Below are positions 10,583 through 20,025 of a DNA stretch of 64,000 bases, piece after piece. Location: positions 119,095 through 183,094 of IMG/VR virus record IMGVR_UViG_3300045988_058553. One strand, 5' to 3'. Each line of letters opens with the position of its first letter. Position 1 is the stretch's first letter. The DNA is from a virus. The position numbers and the translations under genes are program-made. The notes below the pieces were generated by a model, which saw only the letters and a program-made list of their open reading frames with translations, was not told the origin of the DNA and did no database searches.

Positions 10583-10920
10583 GAACCAGCAGCGCCATAT
10601 TTAATGACATTCTGCTTCTTTTTTAAAGACTTATTAAGACCTTCAATAGATCTATTTTTATCTTCAATTATGTTTCCATAATACAGTAACTGAACTCTAC
10701 GAAGAGAATCCGTTTTTTCCCAACTCTTATTTATTAGTTCTAGATTAGTTATTCGCTTATTCAATAACGGAACAGTTTCAGACAACTTCTGATGCTCGGC
10801 AAATATCAGATTAGTTGTTTTTAGTTGCTCGCTGGTTATTGTAACGGTCGATGTATTCTGAGAAAAAGCACAAATTGATGCTATCAGAACTAGACATAAT
10901 AGTAGATACTTTCTCATCAT
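10546..10920 (-). CDS. hypothetical secreted/membrane protein
   Basis: N-terminal hydrophobic signal-like segment and C-terminal TM helix. Confidence 0.4.
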   Translation of the reverse strand: MMRKYLLLCLVLIASICAFSQNTSTVTITSEQLKTTNLIFAEHQKLSETVPLLNKRITNLELINKSWEKTDSLRRVQLLYYGNIIEDKNRSIEGLNKSLKKKQNVIKYGAAGSCVLILLCLLLK

Positions 10921-11116
10921 ACTCTTTGTCTATATACTTAATTTTCTCCACGATGGAATCGTTAACTATATAGATGCTATCTCTAATTATAGAATCCCTT
11001 ACTATTTCCTGCACATTAGGCGGAGAAACTGCGGTTTCCTTCTTAGGTATTAGCAAATAAATAATTAGCAATCCCATCAAGGCTATTAAGATATAGCAAA
11101 ACTTAGTCCTGTTCAT
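10811..11116 (-). CDS. hypothetical membrane protein
   Basis: N-terminal TM segment (ILIALMGLLIIYLLI). Confidence 0.35.
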   Translation of the reverse strand: MNRTKFCYILIALMGLLIIYLLIPKKETAVSPPNVQEIVRDSIIRDSIYIVNDSIVEKIKYIDKEYDEKVSTIMSSSDSINLCFFSEYIDRYNNQRATKNN

Positions 11117-11687
11117 TTAGCTCAACGCCTATTGCCTTGGCTTTAGTTACCAGTTCAGCGCATTTAACTACATCTATACCTTCTTTAGCTAGATTCAAAG
11201 CTTGCTTCTCTTTATCAGAGAGATTTTTGATTTCGTTCTTGAGGGCTTCTTTTCTTTCGAATCGAGCTTTCATTTGGTTATACCCCTTAATGATACGCTC
11301 TGGATTTTCTTTCAAGAAAGTAAGCTCCTGTTCCAAGAATGCTTTTACCAGCACTTTACCTGCTACACCTCTAGATGTAGTATAAATAGCTGGACACTTT
11401 GGATCATGAAGAGCCTTATCGTAAGCCTTCTTCTGTCCCTTAGCCAAATCGAAGGTATCACTAGGATTACATACTGCAATACCAACGGTTACTACTCTAC
11501 AGATTCTAGCATAGTCCGGATCATTTGTGCATATGTATTCATCGGGAGCTACCCAACCTACTGCTAAGACACAATCATCCTCACTTACTTCAGCAGCCTG
11601 ACTTAAAGCACAAGCTACAATTTTACGTTCTTCACCCTTAAAGTCTACAAATGAGTCTACCATGTACTCAATCACATCCTGTTTCAT
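11103..11687 (-). CDS. hypothetical protein
   Basis: 194-aa ORF. Confidence 0.4.
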   Translation of the reverse strand: MKQDVIEYMVDSFVDFKGEERKIVACALSQAAEVSEDDCVLAVGWVAPDEYICTNDPDYARICRVVTVGIAVCNPSDTFDLAKGQKKAYDKALHDPKCPAIYTTSRGVAGKVLVKAFLEQELTFLKENPERIIKGYNQMKARFERKEALKNEIKNLSDKEKQALNLAKEGIDVVKCAELVTKAKAIGVELNEQD

Positions 11688-11952
11688 TTTCTACAATTTT
11701 AAAACCGTTATTAATTAAATATTCTTCGGGAGCAAATTGTAATTCAAAGAATCTATGCAAAGAGTACTTCTTCCTCTTACAACATAGTTGATTCTTTTTC
11801 AATACAATAGGTTTATTAGAAGAGTAGTATTTTTCTTCCATTAGAGCAGCTCCCCAGCTCCATATTTGATATACTGAACTACAGTAGATAAACTTATCGT
11901 GCGTATGCACAATTTGTTTATCCTTCTCGTAAGTCCTCCGTGAGGTCGTCAT
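11668..11952 (-). CDS. hypothetical protein
   Basis: 94-aa ORF. Confidence 0.35.
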   Translation of the reverse strand: MTTSRRTYEKDKQIVHTHDKFIYCSSVYQIWSWGAALMEEKYYSSNKPIVLKKNQLCCKRKKYSLHRFFELQFAPEEYLINNGFKIVENETGCD

Positions 11953-12391
11953 AAAACACCTTTATAGTCTTAAAAATGAATTGATTCTTTTGAGTATTAT
12001 AACAGTCATTCCAGCTACATTTCTGATAGTGAGATAGTAGTTCGGAAGCTTTTACGCCAGTATACACATTTCTGCAAAAGCTATCGTCATCATCACAACC
12101 TGCTGCGTTTATGGTGTACTTTCCAATAGAAATCGCATAATGATAATGACTTCTCGCTACTTCGCTAAACTTTTCTTCTAGTTCATAATCCTCGTAAATA
12201 ATGACTTTGAACTTGAATTTATCTCTACTTAGTAGCCTAGCTAGACAGTATGCTATATAGCAACACCCTCCACAATTAACGTCATATTCCTCATCTAAGA
12301 ATCTACAAAGCTTATTCAGCCTCTCCGCTAGAATCTCCTGAATCTCCTGAGACTTCGAGTTTAATTTCCTCCTTTGCCTTTTTAAACTCAT
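11918..12391 (-). CDS. hypothetical protein
   Basis: 157-aa ORF, Cys-containing. Confidence 0.4.
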   Translation of the reverse strand: MSLKRQRRKLNSKSQEIQEILAERLNKLCRFLDEEYDVNCGGCCYIAYCLARLLSRDKFKFKVIIYEDYELEEKFSEVARSHYHYAISIGKYTINAAGCDDDDSFCRNVYTGVKASELLSHYQKCSWNDCYNTQKNQFIFKTIKVFYDDLTEDLREG

Positions 12392-12614
12392 CTAAGTACC
12401 TACCTAAAGTTATAACTTCATCTTTTCCGAACTTTTTTCTTACTGCATAATGGCGACATCGCTCTATAGCAGCTTCTAGGGGATAGCCATAGCCTTCCAC
12501 TTTAAATTCTTTTCTCGGATTTTTCCCACCAATATCATACAACAATTCCAAGTCAAACCTCGGAGAAGATTCACTAATGGGAGTAAGTCTGTAAAAAGGA
12601 CCTTCAATTACCAT
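12312..12614 (-). CDS. hypothetical protein
   Basis: 100-aa ORF. Confidence 0.35.
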   Translation of the reverse strand: MVIEGPFYRLTPISESSPRFDLELLYDIGGKNPRKEFKVEGYGYPLEAAIERCRHYAVRKKFGKDEVITLGRYLDEFKKAKEEIKLEVSGDSGDSSGEAE

Positions 12615-12623
12615 TTTATTTTG

Positions 12624-13433
12624 TTATTTACAAACGTCTATTACAGTTAAGTTCTCGTTGCTGGGACGATAATTAATATCCCTATGAGAATTAGATACAA
12701 TAACCTGGTCAAAATTATTACACATATTAATCAGACCTTTATTATTAACTGCGTGACATACGATTATGATAAACTTGCTATTTGGATATCTCTCTTTGAG
12801 AACCTTAAGCTCTCCTAGGAAAGTTCCTCCGGCATCACACAAGTCATCAATGAACACAAATGTAGAATAGTAGCAATTCTTAGACTCCTCTATTTCAAAG
12901 GACTCAATTCTTCCAGTCTCTAGATTTCTTTCCTTTTTGAAGACTAAATAACCATAGTGAGAATAGTTACTTCCATATCTGTCCTTCGCCCCATGGTCTG
13001 GGAACACGATATTACTTTGGGCTGGAATCCAAGAGTGGTGTCCAAATTCCCAAGGTAAACATCTGTCACCAAGAAGATGAAAAGTTCTACTAGAATGTGC
13101 CTCAAGAACATATATGTTTCTATAGCCTAAGCTATTTAACATATTACATACTACTTTCAAGGAGAATGGACGATTAAAACTCATTACTCTATCCATACGC
13201 ATAGACATTAAATAAGTAATGTGTAAATCCCATTCTACTTCTTGTCTATCTAAAATATCTCCTACTTGCATTAAGAGGAATAAATCCTCAGTATTAGATA
13301 TTCTACAAATGACATCAATAGATTCCTTTCTGTTTAATTCCTCAGTAAGGAAAAACTGAGGCTCTCCATCAGGAAATCTAGTAACATCGTACTTAATTTC
13401 ACTGATTTCCTTGTTGATTAAGTTTAATTTCAT
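12624..13433 (-). CDS. ribose-phosphate pyrophosphokinase (Prs)-family protein; candidate ADPR-PP synthetase (Adps-like)
   Basis: Prs flexible-loop-like RFPDGE. YLMSMRMDR resembles Prs YFGYARQDR. PRPP-binding PRTase motif FVFIDDLCDAGGT. Confidence 0.5.
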   Translation of the reverse strand: MKLNLINKEISEIKYDVTRFPDGEPQFFLTEELNRKESIDVICRISNTEDLFLLMQVGDILDRQEVEWDLHITYLMSMRMDRVMSFNRPFSLKVVCNMLNSLGYRNIYVLEAHSSRTFHLLGDRCLPWEFGHHSWIPAQSNIVFPDHGAKDRYGSNYSHYGYLVFKKERNLETGRIESFEIEESKNCYYSTFVFIDDLCDAGGTFLGELKVLKERYPNSKFIIIVCHAVNNKGLINMCNNFDQVIVSNSHRDINYRPSNENLTVIDVCK

Positions 13434-13854
13434 CTACTACATATTTTAAGATTTCATAACTTTCTTCCAGACCTGCCCTATCATCTAGGAGGATATTATA
13501 ATAGGGTTTCTCAGAATTAGGAAATACAGGACTTTCATTTGTATATAGCTCAAAGTCTTCATCCAGACCTAATAATTTAGCAGTTTTCATCTGTTTAATA
13601 CATAGCTCTTGAAGATTTGTTTCACAGGTAAACAATATCAAATGAAATCCCAATTTATAACACTTATTAAGTAAATTTATGACTTCACTATAATCTCCTC
13701 CATTATTATGGTAATCGAAAATAGTATTATCAAAATCGAAAGCGACTATTAGCTTTCCGTATTTATGATACTCTTCTAATAGTCGTTTCTTGCAAGCTTC
13801 TTTCCCAAAAGGATGATTAAAGTCCACGGTCAATTCTTTGTCTGATTTCTTCAA
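13399..13854 (-). CDS. HAD-like phosphatase
   Basis: FDFDNTIFDY (DxDxT). Lies between the Prs-like and NAMPT-like genes. Confidence 0.4.
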   Translation of the reverse strand: MKKSDKELTVDFNHPFGKEACKKRLLEEYHKYGKLIVAFDFDNTIFDYHNNGGDYSEVINLLNKCYKLGFHLILFTCETNLQELCIKQMKTAKLLGLDEDFELYTNESPVFPNSEKPYYNILLDDRAGLEESYEILKYVVDEIKLNQQGNQ

Positions 13855-15367
13855 GAGAATATTCTTTCTTCAAGATACCATCTTCAAAGACAGTCTCTAA
13901 GCATCCCTCTTTTTCCTCCTCGATTGAGACCTGGTCGGTAGCAGTATACTTCCCATCCAGACATTTATAGACAGCAATCAAACCTTTCAAAGAGTTCTTA
14001 GTACCATCATCAGTTTTAGGATGTTTGAAGATTTCTTTCAATTCGCCATTTACTACGCAAGCAGTAGCCTTAATAGCAAACCCAAGACTATCTCTACTTG
14101 CATACTGATAGGAATATGAACCTACTCCCAGAACGAGATTACAAGCCGCCATATGAGCGTTTTCTAATCTCAAGTAGATTTGCTTTTGACGTTCCAGAGT
14201 AATAGAATCTCCATAAAGCAGACCAACCTTAGTGCTAGGATAACGGTAATCCTTTGAAGTAGTATTCCATCCGAAGATTTTACCAAGCATATAATATGCC
14301 CCATAATATTGACCTTCGGACACTTCAACATACTCTGCATCGTCGTTAAACGGAGCATAGCAGCAATAATACTTACCTTCTTTCATTCTGGTATTGAAGT
14401 GAGGATTAGTTCTCAACCCGCAGATTATATCTACTGGGTCTCCACTATCAGGACGGATTACTACTCTACCATCACGAGCCATAATGTCTTTCTTCAGCTT
14501 GGGCAAGAAATTTTCAATTACATTCCAGAAATCCCAAGTATCAGATACAATAGAAACAAACCCAGAAGGATACAAATCATTAATTAGACGTTTGAAAGTG
14601 CCCAGCTCATCTTCCTCCCCTCCAGCACACATTACAGAGTGTTCTGTTGCTGGAACTGTAGCAGCAATCAATTCCTCGTCTGAATTAGCTCCATAATATT
14701 CTTCCAAAGCAGCAATAGCTGGAATAGTTTCACTTCCCACAAAAGAAGTCATATGCGCCATACCAGATATAATTGCGGCTTCCATTCCCGCCATACCTCG
14801 CATTGAGAAATCATGACAACAAAAACCAAGATTTACATCTGTTGGAAAACCAGTCTTACAAGCATGACGATGTAGCTCTTTCTTATAAAGCCTAGCTCTA
14901 GTAGCAGATGTGCACGGCATCCACAAGGTACAGCTGATAATAGTCTCTAAGTAGTTAGTTAACCAAAAGAACTCGGGTAGGGTATTTGTAATGGTCATCA
15001 TGGGAACCCGAATAGGGCACACAGAACCTTCAGGAAGAGCCTTTATGCGAATTGGTAGATACCCAAGGTCATATAAAGCTTCAATATGTCTGTACCCAAC
15101 GGATTCAATACCAACAAAGTTGTTTACTCTACGATAGAACATCTCCACAGCTTCCTTCTTTGGTAAATTAAAGAAGTTTTTCTCAAACTGTTTAATGAGA
15201 TATTCTTTGATTAGGTATTGAATACCAAATACTACTGAACCTTCGGTTGCTTCTGGGAAGTATTTATTACTTCTAGGAGTCCAGTTACTATAAACTTGTT
15301 CAGTACCTTCGGGATACATTCTGTGATGGCCCAATTTGTAACCATCTGTAGCATTAATTATTTCCAT
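13817..15367 (-). CDS. nadV: nicotinamide phosphoribosyltransferase family protein (NadV/NAMPT or Namat-like)
   Basis: 516 aa, N-terminal DGYKLGHH motif typical of the NAMPT family. Length and overall sequence fit NadV. Confidence 0.6.
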   Translation of the reverse strand: MEIINATDGYKLGHHRMYPEGTEQVYSNWTPRSNKYFPEATEGSVVFGIQYLIKEYLIKQFEKNFFNLPKKEAVEMFYRRVNNFVGIESVGYRHIEALYDLGYLPIRIKALPEGSVCPIRVPMMTITNTLPEFFWLTNYLETIISCTLWMPCTSATRARLYKKELHRHACKTGFPTDVNLGFCCHDFSMRGMAGMEAAIISGMAHMTSFVGSETIPAIAALEEYYGANSDEELIAATVPATEHSVMCAGGEEDELGTFKRLINDLYPSGFVSIVSDTWDFWNVIENFLPKLKKDIMARDGRVVIRPDSGDPVDIICGLRTNPHFNTRMKEGKYYCCYAPFNDDAEYVEVSEGQYYGAYYMLGKIFGWNTTSKDYRYPSTKVGLLYGDSITLERQKQIYLRLENAHMAACNLVLGVGSYSYQYASRDSLGFAIKATACVVNGELKEIFKHPKTDDGTKNSLKGLIAVYKCLDGKYTATDQVSIEEEKEGCLETVFEDGILKKEYSLEEIRQRIDRGL

Positions 15368-15382
15368 TCTAATATTTTATAT

Positions 15383-15892
15383 TTAATAATCAATCTTTGA
15401 TAAATATTTAATATTACCTCCAGCACTCAAATGCCTAAAGCATTTAGTTATGAAATCCTTGGTTTCAGGATGTATAGCCCTAGGTGAACTTAGAAATTTA
15501 ATCCACCAGCTGTACTCACTCCCGTAGGTAAAATCTTTATTATAGGTTCTCCCAGCAGCCAGATAATCACAGACTAATTCCAAAGCATATTTTCTTGGCA
15601 TTTTCGCTGGAACTCCTCCTTCATCTAAACTATGAACCCAATATTCATAGTGATGTGGATTTCTTCCTCGATGATGTAGGAAGGTTTCAGAATATCCGTG
15701 TATGTTTTTCTCATTAGCTAGAGGACTAATAGTATCGTCCCAGTACTTTATTGACCTACTAAATTCAGTATAGCTAAACTTAGACCAGTCATGTACTATT
15801 CCCTGCCAATAAAGACCTAACTGGAAACAATAGTGTGCTACCCAGTATTTATGCTTAATAATCCTAATTAGATGTTTAAATATTCGTGTCAT
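15383..15892 (-). CDS. hypothetical protein
   Basis: 169-aa ORF, His/Trp-rich. Confidence 0.4.
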   Translation of the reverse strand: MTRIFKHLIRIIKHKYWVAHYCFQLGLYWQGIVHDWSKFSYTEFSRSIKYWDDTISPLANEKNIHGYSETFLHHRGRNPHHYEYWVHSLDEGGVPAKMPRKYALELVCDYLAAGRTYNKDFTYGSEYSWWIKFLSSPRAIHPETKDFITKCFRHLSAGGNIKYLSKIDY

Positions 15893-16190
15893 GTATTGAG
15901 TTTGATAAAAACTTAATAAAAGAAACGTCTACCTCGTAATATTTATCGCCGAGAAACTTAAGCATATATATAATCCAGCTTACTATAGAAAGCGAGACAG
16001 CTACAGGAGGAAGACATAGGCTCACTAGGGCTATAACTACAGCCCAACCAGGCACAGATATTCTTCTCCACCTTCTCCACCTTCCAGAACCTAAATAATC
16101 TAGTTCATAGGTATGATAAAGTGTATAGTATAGGAGCGCATAGAGCACAACTCCTACACAATCACTTATCAACATAATCTTTACGTCCAT
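15876..16190 (-). CDS. hypothetical membrane protein
   Basis: Two hydrophobic helices. Confidence 0.35.
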   Translation of the reverse strand: MDVKIMLISDCVGVVLYALLYYTLYHTYELDYLGSGRWRRWRRISVPGWAVVIALVSLCLPPVAVSLSIVSWIIYMLKFLGDKYYEVDVSFIKFLSNSIHDTNI

Positions 16191-16455
16191 ACTTAATTAG
16201 TATTTCTGGACCACAGAATAATGTATTCCCTATATCCCTTATCATTATACCATAATAAGACATTATTCTCTGTAATATCTACATACGGGTCGTAATAAAT
16301 AAAGGCGATTATCAAGACTATTGCTAGTATAATAGCTAACATAGATTATCGAGTTTTAACGGAACCAGGTCTAGTGGTTGCAGCTTGGAAATCTTTTCCC
16401 TGCTTATCCCACCATGCCTGTTTATCCTTTAACCATTTTACTTTTTTCTTGTATT

Positions 16456-17472
16456 TCATTGTTCTGTTACGATTACGATTCTGTTAAATTCTCTATCTCC
16501 AAACTCAGTAGTGCTTCCGCAGCCTTTAACTATAAGCTTATCCTCTGGAGCGCCATAACTGATAAGGGCCTTCTTCATAGATTCTGCTCTAGCTACAGCT
16601 AAGTTGTCATTAAAATCTACTGGACCTTCTTCAGAAGCATATCCCTCAATCATATATGACTTACCACTATTTGAAATATAAGCTGCTAACTCCGATACTG
16701 CAACATTAGAAGTTGTAGAGATTTCAGAAGAGTTCTGTAAAAACTGAATTTTAGGTGTAAGAAGTTCTACCTTAGTAACTACTATAGTATCAGTCTTAAT
16801 TATTTCTACTGGTTTACGAGATTCCAATTCGCTATTCTTAGCCCTCAACTCGTTAATGGCAGCATTAAGACTTTCTACTTCAGCGTCACTATATAGTTTC
16901 ATCATAGGAAAGTTTCCTTTATTAGACTTAAATCGGTAAGTAGCTCCTACATAAACATTTACTTCATGATTTAGAGGAGTAGTCTTTGGAAGTAGCATAT
17001 ACTCTGGAGTAACATTTAGTGCCCAACTATCAGTAATATTAAAGTTGCATCTAATTGCACCTCTTGCAGATACATTATTATAAACATCACCATAAGTATG
17101 ATACCAACCAGCACCTATCAGTAATACAGGCTCAAATAAACGTCTAGAGCCTTCGTATCCACAAATAAGATTAGTTAGATTAGTAGTTACATTAGCTGTA
17201 AGGTTATGGGAATCGAAGAACGTTTTACTGCCTTGATTCATACCTGCCATCATATCTAACTCTAGTCCGAAGATAGGAGTAATTTCTTTACCCACCGCAA
17301 TATTTACTAATACATCATGAGGTTCAGCCCAACTTCTTGAGTTGTCCCAAATTGTAGTACCTACATTACCAGAAACATACCAGTTATCTTTCAAACTTCC
17401 AGTTTCAACAACTTGTGCGCTAGCAAACACGCACATTAAACACAAACAAATAATACTAAAAATTTTCTTCAT
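16456..17472 (-). CDS. OmpA-family outer-membrane protein (beta-barrel + OmpA_C)
   Basis: Bacteroidota-style signal peptide ending ASAQ. C-terminal OmpA-like peptidoglycan-binding region (YMIEGYASEEG...NLAVARAESMKKAL). Confidence 0.5.
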   Translation of the reverse strand: MKKIFSIICLCLMCVFASAQVVETGSLKDNWYVSGNVGTTIWDNSRSWAEPHDVLVNIAVGKEITPIFGLELDMMAGMNQGSKTFFDSHNLTANVTTNLTNLICGYEGSRRLFEPVLLIGAGWYHTYGDVYNNVSARGAIRCNFNITDSWALNVTPEYMLLPKTTPLNHEVNVYVGATYRFKSNKGNFPMMKLYSDAEVESLNAAINELRAKNSELESRKPVEIIKTDTIVVTKVELLTPKIQFLQNSSEISTTSNVAVSELAAYISNSGKSYMIEGYASEEGPVDFNDNLAVARAESMKKALISYGAPEDKLIVKGCGSTTEFGDREFNRIVIVTEQ

Positions 17473-17488
17473 AATTCTATTAATTAAA

Positions 17489-17923
17489 TTAATCCCACCA
17501 AGACCTCATACGTTCAAACCTAAGTTTATTGTACAAGTACCAGGCTTTTTCTCTTCTCAAATGGTCTTGAAGAATAGGTTTACTCAAATCAAGATCAGCA
17601 GCTTTAGGCCAGAATCGTTTCCAGTTCTTAATGTTTATGTGCCTATCTACGAATCCTTCAGACCCAGGTCTGAAATCACAATGATAGGCAGAATCTATCT
17701 CTAGAACAATATCTAAAAGTCCTAGTGCGAGTTTTAGATTCTTTTCAACAACTTCGTTACCTTCAGCAATTCTAGATACTTTGAAGTATTCATACATTCT
17801 GATTAAGGCTTGCTTCTCTAGTGAGAGCACGAAACCATAATCAAACGGATAGAACTTCATAGCCTCTTTAATGAGCTTCTTGTTCTTACTCTTTCTTAGT
17901 TTCATATTCTTGACTTGCTTCAA
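17489..17923 (-). CDS. hypothetical protein
   Basis: 144-aa ORF. Confidence 0.4.
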   Translation of the reverse strand: MKQVKNMKLRKSKNKKLIKEAMKFYPFDYGFVLSLEKQALIRMYEYFKVSRIAEGNEVVEKNLKLALGLLDIVLEIDSAYHCDFRPGSEGFVDRHINIKNWKRFWPKAADLDLSKPILQDHLRREKAWYLYNKLRFERMRSWWD

Positions 17924-18344
17924 CTGCTAATTTATCTGCGAGATTATTCATCTGAGAAAAGAAATCAGAATTGGAGGTATGTCCTTTTACCCAACAAAAG
18001 TTTATACTAGGGCAGAATTTTTCTGCCTTTTCTAAAACCTTGTCATACAAATTCCATAGTTCCACATTCTTTTTCCTCTTCCATCCTTTAGTAGCACATC
18101 CTATAACATACTGAGAATCTGAATAGATAGTAAGAGATTTAAGTTGACTGCTTACTGCATTAAGGGCATATATTACTGCTAACAACTCACATTTGTTATT
18201 AGTAGTATTAGGAATCATTTTGCTAAATTCATAGACTTTTTCTCCATCAATTACAAATACGACTCCTACCCCTCCAGTGTTTCTAGACGAACTAAAAGCT
18301 CCATCAGTGAAGACTTCTAGAACCTTATTGGATTTCTCCATCAC
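17886..18344 (-). CDS. rnhA: ribonuclease H
   Basis: VFTDGA, CELLAV, YSDSQYV and NxxADxLA catalytic motifs seen in the translation. Confidence 0.65.
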   Translation of the reverse strand: MMEKSNKVLEVFTDGAFSSSRNTGGVGVVFVIDGEKVYEFSKMIPNTTNNKCELLAVIYALNAVSSQLKSLTIYSDSQYVIGCATKGWKRKKNVELWNLYDKVLEKAEKFCPSINFCWVKGHTSNSDFFSQMNNLADKLAVEASQEYETKKE

Positions 18345-18729
18345 GAGAATTTACTCTCATGTTAGTTCCTAGTAATATTGCAATCTTTATCAAATCATCA
18401 TAATTATCACAAATTATATTTTCTAGAATATAGTTCGCGTAATCCTTAATCTTAACTCTCTTACCTATAGCTCCGTATTTGTCATTTAACCATTTGATTT
18501 GAGGATTGAAATCCTCTAACCCATCGGATAAGTGTCTAAGAGCTTTCCTAATAGGAACTGGAAACCACATTTTCTCCCCTATCCAATCTAAATGACAATA
18601 TCCAAAAGCAAAAGCTCTACTCAAATCTCTTTGAATAAACTCGTCTAACTCAAAGTTTCTCTCGTGTCTGCCCATTTTCTCAAAATCGTCTCTTAAGTCT
18701 AGGCAAAATACTTCGTTAAACTCAATCAT
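18325..18729 (-). CDS. hypothetical protein
   Basis: 134-aa ORF. Confidence 0.4.
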   Translation of the reverse strand: MIEFNEVFCLDLRDDFEKMGRHERNFELDEFIQRDLSRAFAFGYCHLDWIGEKMWFPVPIRKALRHLSDGLEDFNPQIKWLNDKYGAIGKRVKIKDYANYILENIICDNYDDLIKIAILLGTNMRVNSRDGEIQ

Positions 18730-19111
18730 CGCTCCAAGATCCTATAATGCAATCTAACTCTAGTATACCGTATCTGTATATAGCCTTAAATGGTCCAGTA
18801 GCCATAAAAATCACAGGAGCTTTGCTAGTTTCCTTAACCTTCATAACACCCTTAAGTAACCTGCTAGCACAGTCTCTAAGTTCACTTATGTCAGGTATTT
18901 TATATATACTAGGTGCTACAAACATCTTCCAGGAGGACTTATCTATACAATTCCCCTCATCGTCATAGCTTCTTTTGCTCTTTTCCCAATTCATAAATTC
19001 GCGAACTCTGTCGAAATCAAAGTTCCTCATTATGTTCTCGTACTGAACATTTAGAGGAGGGGAATCACTGTAGTTGTTTGTTCTCTTCACTTTCATTTTT
19101 GTAACATTCAA
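18722..19111 (-). CDS. hypothetical protein
   Basis: 129-aa ORF. Confidence 0.4.
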   Translation of the reverse strand: MNVTKMKVKRTNNYSDSPPLNVQYENIMRNFDFDRVREFMNWEKSKRSYDDEGNCIDKSSWKMFVAPSIYKIPDISELRDCASRLLKGVMKVKETSKAPVIFMATGPFKAIYRYGILELDCIIGSWSDD

Positions 19112-19382
19112 TAAGACGTTGCAGATTTGAGAGTCTGTCAGGTTTTACACTGACAATTAACCCTCCCTTCCGCAAATTATAACTTAGTTTAATTCCGCAA
19201 TGACTTAAGACATCTATGAAGTCTTTCAAAGCGTTTCCCTTTAAAACATTTCTGTAGACTAACTTCTGACCATCTTCATAACCTTTACGATAATATTCAT
19301 TCGCAACATCAGAAATAAGCCATCGCTTAATAGGCGAAATCCTACTTAAGAGTTCATTGACTCTGGTTGCGATGAAATCCAT
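19065..19382 (-). CDS. hypothetical protein
   Basis: 105-aa ORF. Confidence 0.4.
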   Translation of the reverse strand: MDFIATRVNELLSRISPIKRWLISDVANEYYRKGYEDGQKLVYRNVLKGNALKDFIDVLSHCGIKLSYNLRKGGLIVSVKPDRLSNLQRLIECYKNESEENKQLQ

Positions 19383-19384
19383 AT

Positions 19385-19545
19385 TACTGATTGATTACGA
19401 GGCTATCAACGCCTACAGTATCTACACTTAATGTGTCCACAACTTCCTCAATGACTACAATAGAGTCATTCTCTGAGGTCTTAGTGTTTCCTGCACAAGC
19501 AGACATCAATGCAATCATTCCGAAAAGCAATAGTACTTTCTTCAT
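19385..19545 (-). CDS. small lipoprotein (approximate coordinates)
   Basis: Hand translation gives MKKVLLLFGMIALMSACAGN... (signal peptide + lipobox LMSAC). Under 60 aa, so absent from the ORF track. Confidence 0.35.
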
Positions 19546-19882
19546 TTCCATTAGTTTTTTAAAATTAATAACTTATCTATCAAAAAAAAGAGTGGTTCCA
19601 ATATCTGTGCTTCACCAGATATTTTCCCCACTCCCAATACTCCGAAGAGCTTGTACCGTTATTAGGTTGGCCAACCTCCCTTTTCATCTTGTTGAGAATT
19701 TGGGATAATAGTCACCAAGTTTAAAGATTACTTGTAACTGAAGCAAAGCTGAAATCCCGTTAAGGACTTCGTAACTCCTCCAACAACGTGGTTGGCGAGC
19801 TATTTTAGTAGGAAGCTAACGCGCAGGCAAAGATAAAAGCAAAGTCTAAGACCTGACCGTACTAACAAAGACTAAGGCAAAG

Positions 19883-19914
19883 ACTCTTATATATTATAAG
19901 AGTAATTTTTTTTT
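19883..19914 (+). terminator. rho-independent terminator-like hairpin
   Basis: Perfect 9-bp stem ACTCTTATA/TATAAGAGT with a 3-nt loop, followed by AATTTTTTTTT. Confidence 0.35.
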
Positions 19915-20025
19915 AATTTTGCACAGTCAGCGAATGAGTTGTCAGAAATCCAGTGATTTCTAATAGCAATTATTTATATTCCTGTTAAGTATAAATTGTT
20001 AGCTTCCTACAGAAAATCTTCTAAA

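Noticed and set aside
19391-19708. Plus-strand ORF 19,391-19,708 and other small plus-strand ORFs in 748-1,464, 3,665-4,464, 6,294-6,608 and 8,434-9,175
   Set aside because: They lie antisense within clearly coding minus-strand genes of the early operon and have low-complexity composition.
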